NCBI GenBank assembly: GCA_977018835.1
Contig: OZ361259.1
Location: 2,852,001-2,916,000, forward strand
Direction of reading: 5' to 3'
From: Minutocellus sp. GHC0000111
Taxonomy: Eukaryota
Length of the DNA stretch: 64,000 nt
The position numbers were made by a program, and so were the translations under genes. Shown here one piece after another: positions 22,518 through 33,200 of this stretch. Position 1 is the stretch's first letter. The number at the start of each line of letters is the position of its first letter. The notes beneath the pieces are model-generated. The model had not been told where the DNA came from, searched no databases, and was given only the letters and a program-made list of their open reading frames with translations.

Positions 22518-23711
22518 GTTGCGTCGAGTGGTGTACTTGCGGGTCGATCCTCCCATCTTGTTGGCCGCGGTTGCCTCGTTCTTGTGATTCTCGCCGGGAT
22601 TCTCGCATTCGTGACTGTTGTGGCCGGCGAAACCGTGGGTGTGACAATACTTCTGGGTGCCGTCGTCGTTGTACTTGCTATCATCTCGGCCTGTGCGTTT
22701 GCCGTCTAATCGTGCCTGGAGAGTGGCGTTCGTCTTGCGGAGACGTTCGATATCGGCGGTGAGCTTGACGATGGTATCATGGTCTTCACGGGCTTGGCTG
22801 GTGAGGTTGGCGATGATGTTCTGCGATGTGGCTAGGCCTTCGATGATGAGACCAGGTGGGTTGTTGTCCTCGGGGACGGGGGCAGCGGCACCATTGGCAT
22901 ATCCAGTGCCACCGGTGGTGGCTTGGGCCTGATCAAATTTGTATCCTTCGATCATTATCTCCTTCGCGCGGGCCCACGTCTGATCGGCGGCAGGAAGTTT
23001 GGACCAGTCGCGGAGGGTATCGCGTAGCGTGCCACTGTTGGTGATGGCCGTAATAAAGACATCGGTGCGTTCGTTGTCGGTGACAGCGATGTTTTCATCG
23101 GCTAAGGCGTCGGAGGCGTCGTCCATAGCGGCGATGAGAACCTCAGGAGAGCCGCCGTGGTATTGGATGTTGAAGAAGGCGTCGCGGAGGGCTTGGCGCT
23201 CTTGGGTGGTGATACGGCCGTACGTGGTCAGAAGACTGGCGAAGAGTTGGTGAGGCATGATGCGAGTAAGGCCGGTGCGGCGGTCGAAGATACCGTGCAT
23301 GTACTCGGCGGCGTCGGCTTGACGAATCATTTTCATGATGATTTGAATGCCTCTGCTGGCGATGGTGTAGCAGGTGACGTGGAAGTTGTAATTTTCGCGA
23401 GCCTGCTGGCGTTGGGCGGCCGTGGCGGCGGCAGGTTGGGGAGGCATCTGCGTGGGCGGGACGGGGATGGGGACGAAAATGGCTTGGGGGTCGCCGATGA
23501 TGTTGCGCCATTGGGCAAGTGTGCAGAAATATCCGGCGAGGCCGAATTGTCTGTACCAGAGGCAGGTGACGGAGGAAGCGTTTTGGATGCATTCGTCGCG
23601 GAGTTTGAGGACGGATTGCCGTGTGGGCGGTTGGTTGCTGGCGCACCATTGCGTAAACTCGGCGAGCGGGAGTTGGTCCACGTCGACGGTTGGTTGTTGG
23701 GTGCTGGACAT
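22515..23711 (-). CDS. gag: Copia Gag protein (intact, ends at UGA)
   Basis: ORF of about 398 aa from ATG 23711, with a coiled-coil and a C-X2-H-X4-H-X4-C knuckle near the C-terminus. Confidence 0.8.
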   Translation of the reverse strand: MSSTQQPTVDVDQLPLAEFTQWCASNQPPTRQSVLKLRDECIQNASSVTCLWYRQFGLAGYFCTLAQWRNIIGDPQAIFVPIPVPPTQMPPQPAAATAAQRQQARENYNFHVTCYTIASRGIQIIMKMIRQADAAEYMHGIFDRRTGLTRIMPHQLFASLLTTYGRITTQERQALRDAFFNIQYHGGSPEVLIAAMDDASDALADENIAVTDNERTDVFITAITNSGTLRDTLRDWSKLPAADQTWARAKEIMIEGYKFDQAQATTGGTGYANGAAAPVPEDNNPPGLIIEGLATSQNIIANLTSQAREDHDTIVKLTADIERLRKTNATLQARLDGKRTGRDDSKYNDDGTQKYCHTHGFAGHNSHECENPGENHKNEATAANKMGGSTRKYTTRRN

Positions 23712-24014
23712 CGTGGAAGAGTTCTGGCACAACACGGGTTGGTTTTACGTCGTGCGTCGGGGCGTGACGGATCTTGCTGCAGTCTGTTGATAGAGCTGTA
23801 AGCTGTGGAGAGCGCAGGATGTCGAAGATGTCAAAATGACTACACTTGCTTAGGATTGACTGCAGCGAATAATGAGAGCTGGCTGCTGGCGTGTAGCTCA
23901 GCTGCTCGCTAGCCGGCAATGCAAGGTTTAGCGATTCTGCAGGTTAGCGAGGTTGGCTCGCTAGAATGGTGACTTGTACAAGCATTTGAGTTTGCTTGGC
24001 GATTCTGAATATAA

Positions 24015-24141
24015 CGGGATATTCAGATCTGTATACTTTAGATTGAGACATAAAAGTTGTAGTCCGGATTTGTTGAGGGCTAGAATCAATAGGTAGTACA
24101 CGTGTCTGGACTTGTGAATGTCGACGGACGAATTTCCCATA
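24015..24141 (-). repeat. Putative short 5' LTR of the copia element
   Basis: AT-rich segment of about 125 bp upstream of gag with imperfect inverted ends (TGGGAAATTC ... GAATATCCCG). There is no second LTR to confirm it. Confidence 0.3.
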
Positions 24142-24349
24142 AAATACATGTAACACAAAAGCAAGCAAAAGTCGCTCAAAGAGTCAAGAAAGCAAGAAAG
24201 CAGAAATCAATCGCAATCAGGCTCAGCACAGCACCATCTGCCAGCCGGATGACTCGCATACTTTTGGTCGCACTTTCGGTGGCCGGCCGGCGCGCGAAGC
24301 AACCGACCGGCGCGCCCAACGCGAGCCACCATGGCGGCAAAAATTCAAA

Positions 24350-26110
24350 TTGCCGCCGCTACGTGCAGAACGAAGGCGACATCTCGCGCTGGTGTGGGAG
24401 AATTACGGCACGAGACCAACCAGGTACTCCCGACATCCTGGTGATATTCCCGTTGGTCTCGATCCACAGTTCTCCATGAGCAAAAAAAACAACGGCCGCA
24501 ATCCCGCGGTCGTCAACACCGCAGACAGAGTTGGGTGCAGGACGCCCTGGCTGAACTACTCGTCCGTCTTCGCAGAAAGAAACTTCATTACTACAATTTC
24601 ATCGGCAACAACAACGACTCCTTGATGAATGTGTTGGGATGCAGTCCCATCATGCACGGCGCCGTCATGCACACTGCGGGCATCTTGGGGGTTTGAAGAA
24701 GAAGAAACACGAAGACTGACTGCGATGTGTTTTTTGTGAGGACAGACAACCAGAATGGATGGGATGAAATGGCATCAAGACACTGCCTTGCCGACGACGT
24801 TCAGCGATCCCCATGCAAAAAGAGCATGTTTGTTCGCCTCGGTTCCATCAATCCTCGTGCAGCCGACGCTCTCCATGATGATGGATGGGGATGGCTTTCG
24901 ACATGGTCACACGGTCGAGCAACAATTTCGCCTCGAAACACCGCCGCCGCGGCTCAATTTGACGAAGGCATGTGATGAATTCCTCAAGTCGGTCGCACCA
25001 CACATGTCGGTGGGATGTGCGGCGATGGACTACGAAATCAACAGGCAGATGTTGCTCGAGGCCCAGAAGTTCCCTGGTGGGTGCAATGGCCAGGACGATG
25101 GGTGGGACAATGACGACGATGTTGGGACGGTGGGCACCCTGACCACGACGGAGGCCGGCGAGATCAGTGAGGACGATGACGACGAAGACGAGGACTATGT
25201 GCCCTGTTATGAGGACGAAGCTGATGTTGCAAGAGAGGACGCGCTGCACATGAAGCATGCATGCAGCAGCACTTTGAGAAGAATCGTCAGAAGCACGGTG
25301 ATGGCGAGCCAGAGATGGGAGCTGTCGATGATGCCGAGGATGACGATGCCCCTCACTTCCATTTCCTGAAAAAGGCCGGCATTGAGGCGGCCGACTCAGG
25401 TAAAATAAGGGCAGTGCTGCTGGCAGAATGCTGGAGAGCTTTGTCCATTAATATTTCTGATGGCAACAACAAGAAGAAACCAAGGACAACAGAGTTCATC
25501 CACCACAACACCTCCACCAAAGGAACTCTCCTAGAGCACAATCGCGAGGAAGATGGCATGACGGATGACGACATCAAAGAGCTCTGCAAAGCTTGCTCTA
25601 ATTTGCTCCACACTCTTGACGCGACACATTCCAGGTTTCTGAAATGGCACATGAAATGGGATGATGAGGCAAAGAAGGCTGTGAGAGAGCTTGAAGCATT
25701 GATTGCAAGTGCCCTCAAGCAAGCACGGGCAATCGGCATTAATTAGCATGACGCCCAAGTGGCACTTCCTCGAAGATCACATCTTGGACCAACACATTTG
25801 GCTAGTGAAGAGTGGATGGGGCGGCATCTATTGGCTCGACGGATCGTTTGTAGAGCGAGCCCACCAAGAGGGCGTTAAGGAAGATCGTCGGACTCAGGGC
25901 GTCAAGGGACATGAGGCCCAACAGACGGCGCAGTTCAAGGCTGAGGAGAGGGCATCCAATCCAAAGGTCGAGGAGAGGCGGGAGCGAAACTCTCGGGTGG
26001 GGCAAGAACAAGGAAAAGGACAAGGACCGAAGCTGTTAAAGCAGAAACTGATGACAAGCGCCAACAAATGATCATGATGGCCACCGATGGAGATGAGGAT
26101 GTAGAGATGG
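24350..26110 (+). pseudogene. Degenerate CMC (Chapaev-like) DDE transposase
   Basis: MTPKWHFLEDH...GGIYWLDGSFVERAHQ matches the Chapaev-type KxHxLxxH...ExxHQ C-terminal catalytic motif. Several frameshifts; TIRs not found. Confidence 0.55.
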
Positions 26111-26994
26111 GAGCAGGGCATGTGTAAAATTAGAAAATGAAATTACACTGCTGCTACACAACAACAAATGAGTTGCATGTGATCCAACTTTTACAAACAG
26201 CATCGCGATTGAGCAAAAAAGTAAATAGCACACCCAAACAAACACATCACGTCCTTCTTAACTCACCCATTTATCTCCCAGACCAAAAAGTCCCTTTGTC
26301 GGGTTGATTGTTGCATAAACTTATCCCAATGCTATCTGTCTCTCCTCGGGCGCAAAATTGTTGTCGGAATTCCGGGGGGAGGTCGAGTGGGGATGCGATC
26401 GGTCGGGATCAGCGAGAGTCGGTCATACGGGGGGTGCGGCGCAATCCCGGCAGTTTATCATCAACAACAACGTGGGAAAGTACCAGAGGGTCTGGGGCAT
26501 CACAACGGGAGCACGACGAGCACAAAGACGGAGCAATGGTGCCACCCCAGAGAAACGAACGGCCGACAGATGGAGGAAAAGCAGGCCGATGGTTCGTGGC
26601 GTTGATGCGCAGCGGAGGCCAATCTGAGGATACAGTAAGCTTCAACTATATCCAAACATGATAATGAATGCGTACGAAAATATAGTTATACGCCGGCGCA
26701 ACGCCGACGGACCACCATGGTGTTGGATGGTCAAAGAATGGGTGACGAACGAGATTGGGTTTTGGTGGGTTTCTTCGTGACGTGTTCGTCTTCTGCCGAA
26801 AAACGCTTCATCCGACCGGCGAAACAAGACGAGATGGGGCTGTGTCAGTCACAATCATCATACACAATAGTAGCATAACACAATATTGACATAACACATA
26901 CCAAATTGAATTGAATTCGCACCATGCATATATATATATATATATCGAACCCTTCGTTTGAAGCACCATTGTTCATCATCGATTATCTTTTCTC

Positions 26995-27762
26995 ATGACC
27001 ATGGCTCGTCGCCGCGGTATTAGAAACGAATTCACCAAAACGATGTTGTGTCGGGCACTTCTACATCTAGGAATCCTACTACTAGTATTTTCATCGTTCA
27101 TTTTTGCACCCGTTTCGCCTCTCGATTCATTCGGCAGTAGTGACAAGCCAAATCCTTCCTCGTCAGACGAAGGTGATTGCTCGTGTGGGCATGATTGGTG
27201 TCCCGAGCTGAAACGGTGCATCCAACCCTGGGCAGAAACCTGTCCCATCGAAAGCAACGTCGAATTCTCGGGAGGAACCACCTTGAGCTGCAGCAGAGGA
27301 AGATGCGCTGCCCCGCAAGACAACAAGTGCAGTTGGAGCTGGGGGGCTGATGTGATTGATATTGATACGCCGGTCTATGTGGACGTCAATGGACCGCCTT
27401 GGCCTCCTCTGCCACCTCGACAGGATCTGGTGACGTCGGAGATCAAATTCGCAACGTATTACTGGACCGATCTTAATGGGCATTTCACAATACCGGAGGG
27501 CTGCGCCGGCATCAAATGCAGCGGGTGCCATCTGAGCGAGGACGATTCCTGGGCCGACCGCTGGCGGATGTACCTATTGGATCGACGCAACGATCCCCTT
27601 GAAGTCATTGTCATGGATGCCATTGCTTTTCTACTGCCGTGCGTCATTGTTGCCATCTGTTTTTGGCGCTGGGGATTGCACAGAAAAATAGCTCCTCGGA
27701 GAATTCGCCACGCCATTACAAAACGTGTCCGACCGACCAGCTTTCGATCGATAACATCTTGA
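26995..27762 (+). CDS. Cys-rich membrane protein, paralog B
   Basis: Intact 255-aa ORF that shares long identical blocks with 15911-16576 (e.g. GIKCSGCHLSEDDSWADRWRMY). Confidence 0.7.
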   Translation: MTMARRRGIRNEFTKTMLCRALLHLGILLLVFSSFIFAPVSPLDSFGSSDKPNPSSSDEGDCSCGHDWCPELKRCIQPWAETCPIESNVEFSGGTTLSCSRGRCAAPQDNKCSWSWGADVIDIDTPVYVDVNGPPWPPLPPRQDLVTSEIKFATYYWTDLNGHFTIPEGCAGIKCSGCHLSEDDSWADRWRMYLLDRRNDPLEVIVMDAIAFLLPCVIVAICFWRWGLHRKIAPRRIRHAITKRVRPTSFRSITS

Positions 27763-27949
27763 TTTGGGCAAAGTTGCCTCGTATAATCCAATAAAACGTG
27801 CTGGAGAGCTGCGATTGGAGGTGAACAAAAAGGTGTTGCCTATGAGGCTCTGAGATCGTTCATGCATGTGTATAAAAATCAAAGCAGCTATTTACAATTT
27901 GTTTCAAGTGGTCTGGGACTTCTCTCTCTTTAGCATGCAGCCCTCGCTA

Positions 27950-28620
27950 GTTAGTGCCGGCAGCATCATTCCATTCCCTCCTCCTTCCTTGCTTCCAGCG
28001 CCATCGCCCGATTTATCTAGCAACTACTCGAGCTCAAAGACCTCTGGCGAGACTCTCATCTTCTCGGCCTCGGGACGCAAGGTATTGTTCGATATCTGGC
28101 TCGCCTTCAAACCCTGGCCCAAGTTGTCGGCAATCAAATGCTTGGCCATGCATCCCTTACAAACGCAGATGACCACGCCGCTCCGATAGGCAATCCGAGA
28201 GACACAATTGCTGTAGCGGTAATCGCAGATCTTACACGCGTACTGCAGCGATCGCTCCAGTAGAGACATGGTAGCGAAAAATCAAAAGTTATAGATACTC
28301 TCATAGGATTCTTTCAAGCAATAAGGCCACATCGACACTGAGGATCGTTTTTGCAGAGAAATCAGATTCTTGATTTTTGAGACGGCGTCGGCGTTTCGCG
28401 ACTGTTGCACATGCGAACTCAAAACCACTGTCCCACCGCCCCTCGATGCTACCATTGGAGCGATGTTTCAAGTCATCAAACGTTGGCAATCTCTCATTAT
28501 ATCGACGCCATCGTCACTTTTCTCTCCGATTGTAGCCGTCGTGGAGGTCGACGTCAGCCGGTGACAAGTGCCGAAAGTCGACTTTCATCAGTTTCAGGAA
28601 TGAGAGGCTCAGAATGATGA
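27950..28620 (-). pseudogene. zf-DNL (Hep1/Zim17-type Hsp70 escort) zinc-finger gene, disrupted; 5' boundary approximate
   Basis: LQYACKIC...SRIAYRSGVVICVCKGCMAKHLIADNLG is the zf-DNL signature. The conserved-looking GFEGEPDIEQYL lies in another frame, and there is a TAG at 28026-28024 where the duplicate has CAG. Confidence 0.7.
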
Positions 28621-28800
28621 CTTTCTGGCCAAGTCACATAAATGGAGAAGAGATACTGAGGCGGGCATGGTGGTTGCATGCCATCTTGGTGGTCGTCTTG
28701 GGGCTTGAGTTGGGCTTGTTCGTTTTGTAGGGAATAATGGCACACAGTGTGGTATTTCCGGGTTTCTTCGGTATTTCCGGGTGTTTATCGCGCGAACGCT

Positions 28801-29772
28801 TCATCGGCCCGACCGGCGAAGCAAGGCGAGATGGGGCTGGATGATGCCACGTTCCAGCAGAGTGGCAAATAACTGTGCCTTGGTCCGACCGCTAAACACC
28901 ACGCCATTTCTTCGTGCATAATCTCTCAGCTCGTCCAGCGTAAACGCGCTCATGTTGTCATCGACAGTCTCTCGAATGCCCATATATTGCTTCAATTTGG
29001 CATTTTCCCTCTCCAATTCCTGCACCCGTTGCTTTAGACGACTGATTTCTTCCTCCCCGGTTGTCGCCACCAATATTGCACCCTTGACCCTTGGCAGGGC
29101 CTCGTTGGTTGTTTCGATCGTCGCTCGGCCCAAAATACGCGCCAATGGGGCAAAGATACCACCGCCGTCGTCCAACGGATCGACCGCCGCATACGCCGCC
29201 ACCACCACAAACGCACAGGCACTCACAGGCAGGGGCGTGTGCAGCGCCAGCAATGCCACGGTAGCGGCCGAGGTGCCGGCGGCAAAGGCAATTTTCATAC
29301 GGCTCGGGGGTTGATCGACCTGGTATTCCATGAGCGATGACGACGATGTGCCATAGTCATTGTAATTGTTCCTCATATCATCTCGCTTGTTTTGCAATGC
29401 CCTCTTGACCCTCTCCTTGTCCAGTCGGGCCATGGCCGATGCCTCGACCTCCGCTTCCAAACGGCGCATTTCGGTTGCCGATAATTGCTGGTGCTGTTGT
29501 TGGGAGTTGCCGCTCCTGCCGCTCACTTGTGTGTTTGTATTTTGCGATGCTGATAATGAGGTAGAATATCGATGGGATCTTGGGCAACATATTTCAGCTT
29601 GATTTACTTGCCGTTGTTGGTGTATTGGGCATGTTGAGAAAGCCAATTGGCTATTCGAACGCATTGCCGAATTCGCATGTGAGGGCAAGAGATTGCGGCA
29701 CGTGGCAGTGATCGGCTGGGTTGCTAGAAATGCCACAATCGCGGGCACAAGCCGAGAGCGAAGGCGGCGCAT
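28801..29772 (-). CDS. Hypothetical membrane protein, signal/transit-like N-terminus, coiled-coil, C-terminal SAP/Rho_N-like helix pair
   Basis: 323-aa ORF with a hydrophobic hairpin, a heptad ISRLKQRVQELERENAKL and FTLDELRDYARRNGV.FSGRTKAQL. Confidence 0.65.
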   Translation of the reverse strand: MRRLRSRLVPAIVAFLATQPITATCRNLLPSHANSAMRSNSQLAFSTCPIHQQRQVNQAEICCPRSHRYSTSLSASQNTNTQVSGRSGNSQQQHQQLSATEMRRLEAEVEASAMARLDKERVKRALQNKRDDMRNNYNDYGTSSSSLMEYQVDQPPSRMKIAFAAGTSAATVALLALHTPLPVSACAFVVVAAYAAVDPLDDGGGIFAPLARILGRATIETTNEALPRVKGAILVATTGEEEISRLKQRVQELERENAKLKQYMGIRETVDDNMSAFTLDELRDYARRNGVVFSGRTKAQLFATLLERGIIQPHLALLRRSGR

Positions 29773-30215
29773 GCTTCAATGGGATATCTTTTATTTCGGT
29801 ACAATGTTCGTGCTATCGGCCGATCGACTTGACCGGCATAGACTGAACCTGGACTGACCCCAACGCCACTGCGTTGCTCGACGCACTGCAACCGGCCGCC
29901 GTTTGGTGAAATCAAGCTTTGGCATTTTGTGCTTCTTCTGGTGATGTACCAATTGGTAGAGCAGTGACTAGCTAGCGAACGCGTTGTTATTAGCTACCGT
30001 ACCACCAGGTGATGGAGATTGCTGGGAGCAAAGCTCAACCAAGCAGGCCCACTATCCCAGCTGACATAACAATGCAATAGATTAATGTTAGTTACACTAC
30101 TGTAGCGCGCCAAATAAATGGCAGCAGCTCGTGTAGGTGTTTGAATCTACATGTGTACATTGAATGATACGACTCGTACCAAAGAAAAGAGATCTACATT
30201 TGTTTACCGCTTCAT

Positions 30216-33200
30216 TTACTCCTCAGCCCCATCTACATTTGGATAAGGCAGTAGAGCTTTCCGTATTGCTTCTTCCTTTTTCTTCTGCCACAATCTACAC
30301 CCAGGAATGCGGCATTCAGTGTCGGCGCAATGAAGGACATGACTTTTCACCCCTCCCCAAAACTGTTGACACGTGTAACAACCACCACTTGCACGTTGAC
30401 AACAAATGGCGGCATGTTGAGGTTGATCCTTAGCAGCTGGACAAATCTTGCATGTAGGATCCGTGCATTTCGCCATGATGTGTTCTAGCAAATCAATGAC
30501 CTCGTCTTGCGTTTTACATGTAGATGCTTTGACAGCCTTCAGCTCGGTGTACGCCCAACTATCGCAGGACCCAAACAATGCAGCTCCACCAGGGAAATCT
30601 CTGGCTCGTCTACGAAGGAAAGTTTCTCTTCGATACTTTGGTACCCCTTCATTAACAACGACATCACCTACCAATGTTTAGTTTCCGAGAATTTTCCATG
30701 AGTCGACAAAAGGTCAAACGCATCCGCTGATACACCCGTTTCAGTCTGTACCATTTCCCTGGCAATCCGAATGGTAGAGCTAGGGTCAATATTGATGTAC
30801 AATCTTTCCGACTTTCTAAGGCAGGTCTCGTCAAAGTACACCACCAACTGAATTGATCTCGTGAGCCGCGCACAGATAACTTCGTCCGCTACAGAATGAC
30901 CCATTGAACGAGCTCGATTTAGATAAAGTAGAGCAATATCCGGATCCTTCTTGCAACCATAAAGCCCAACCAAGTGATAAGCTCCGACAAGATAGGTCGC
31001 TTCGACATGACCAGAATATGACGCCCATTTGAGATTCTTAACATATTTCGCAACGTTTCCTTCTTCACGATAAAGATTGGCTAGGTGAAAGCGATACTTT
31101 TCCCTGCAGCTTTGGTCCCCATAGGCAACTGCGGTTCGAAACATTTGGATTATTTCGTCCTTGCTCTTTAGCCTCGACCCCAGATATAAATTGCCAAGAA
31201 TACCAACGGCTTCTGCGTTCCCCTTTTGAGCCGCATCCTTTATAAATTGAATATAACGGTACCGATTTCCTTCTTCACGGTACTTTTTAGCAGATACGAG
31301 GGACAATTCAGCAGCGATGGGGGTAAGAAATTCGGCAAGTTCCTCGTCGACAATGCCTTTGAACAAATTGTTTGCGTTCTCTATGCTTTTCTCGGTCTCG
31401 CAAATCCCCGTATAATGTATCTTTGCTAGCATGCGAAAAGCAGGGACATAGCCTCTTTCCATAGCGCGCTCCAGAAGTTTGACTCCAAATTTGAGCGCTT
31501 TCTTTCCCCCAATTATAAAGGTGCTAAGATCGCAGTGATGAAGCCCGAGAAAGTACTGTGCGTATCCGTCGCCAGCTGAGGCTTTCTTCAAAAGTAGAGA
31601 GATGACCTTGTCCTCGTCATCCGGTAGAGCTAGTACTTCCTCCCCACACGAGCATCGATGAGCCACACTGTAACGTCCAGATGGCTCCCATCTTTCGGGA
31701 CATTCAGGGCATCGTTGGTCGTCGCGAGAATCGTCGTTCAAATAGTCACAATGGCACTCAAAATGATAAACGTGGCCACATTTGCCACGAATAATGAAGT
31801 TATCGCGATGATCTCCCACTGCACGTGATAACGATCCATGACACAGTGTACACTAAAAAAACGAGAGAGATACGGGTCAGTGCAAAGAAATCGGTCGGAA
31901 AAACACTACTAGTAATTAAAAAAATCAGATTTCTTACCTCAGACCTTCCAAATCTATCTCTGGGCGGCTTTGAGCAGTCGACGCAAATCATGTTCCCACA
32001 GCATGGACGCAAACAAACCACTGCATCTCCCCTTGCAGGGGAAATTGTGTCTCCACACTGAACACATTCTGGAATGTCGCCGATTGATCTGGGATCGAAA
32101 TCTGATACTCTGGCAAGAAGCAATGGGCCAAGATATTCTGACAATGAATGTATCCGAAACATTTCTGTTCCAGACGGCCACTCTCTGTACGGACCCTCGT
32201 AAGAATGCATATATCGAATCGTTTGACAGGGCAAACATTGGGCCATGGCACCCCCTTTTGACCCGTGTTCTACCCATTTTGCTACCGCTCGCCTACCGCA
32301 CGTGTCGCATGTGCGATCAGTATGTAGAGGAAGATGAGCACACATTTCCCATAACTCATCGTCCGTATCAACCATATCACTACCAGAGTCATCGGCAGCT
32401 GCATCTCTCCTTGACTTTTGAGCGGCAGCCACAACTCTCTTAACAGCGAGGCAGGCAGCCTCCTCCGAGTCATACCACCATACGCCCGTGGAAGAATTCA
32501 ATTTGGCATCCTCGCCCTGTTCTGAGTAATAGATAAAATCATCGGACGGATCGACGTAGGCGGCTGTGTACCATATGCCAAAGGTATGGTCACTCATATC
32601 TGTCTTGATCTGGTACTTTCCGGGGTCTTCATCTGTCATTTCAGTCATTGCGAGCCTACACCATGAATCGTCGACTAGAACTTTGCCAATAGGAGGATGC
32701 ACACGATGATTCGTTGCGAACCAGTTCTTGGCGAGGTCGGGTAGCCTTGATTCATCCTCACCTTCCTTGGCATTGGATGACATTACTGCAGCTAATGAGG
32801 GGCCTGGCCTTTTGATTTCATCTTGCCCCTCTCCTTTGTGGGTCTCTGTAGTCAACATCTGCAACCGATGTCCCAACGTTGATGTATCACGATATGCATC
32901 TAGGCTTGGTGCGCTCTTATACAACTGGCCCTCGAGATGCGTGGCCATCGTAGGCAATTGTTTCCTCCATTCGTCATCTATCGGTAGCTTATCATTCAGT
33001 CGCCCCGTCTGAAGATAAAGGACAATCTGCGTCATCATATCATTACGTGCCTTCATGTTATCATCGGAATGCCAAGTACGCCAGTCGCCGTCAGATGACT
33101 GATTTGACGTTTTCTCCTCGGTACATTCGTATCCATAGATCGGGTGGTAGGAATATCCGTATCCACAGATCGGATGGTAGGAACTTCCATACCCATACGG

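Larger units (their letters stand above)
21416..24140 (-). mobile_element. Ty1/copia LTR retrotransposon (diatom CoDi-like), 3'-truncated within the integrase
   Basis: Gag has the knuckle CHTHGFAGHNSHEC, the protease reads VVDSGATRNF, the pre-integrase reads FYHASAGSP..STWCKAI.NG..TTWP, and the integrase starts DQTGALPVPSTKGNKY. RT, RNaseH and the 3' LTR are absent. Confidence 0.88.

Noticed and set aside
26308..26661. Short overlapping ORFs after the Chapaev-like relic
   Set aside because: Could be a gene remnant, but no frame gives a recognisable motif.
33125..33200. 30-bp tandem repeat (GYGSSYHPIC/GYGYSYHPIY)
   Set aside because: Real, but an ordinary in-frame duplication in a linker.
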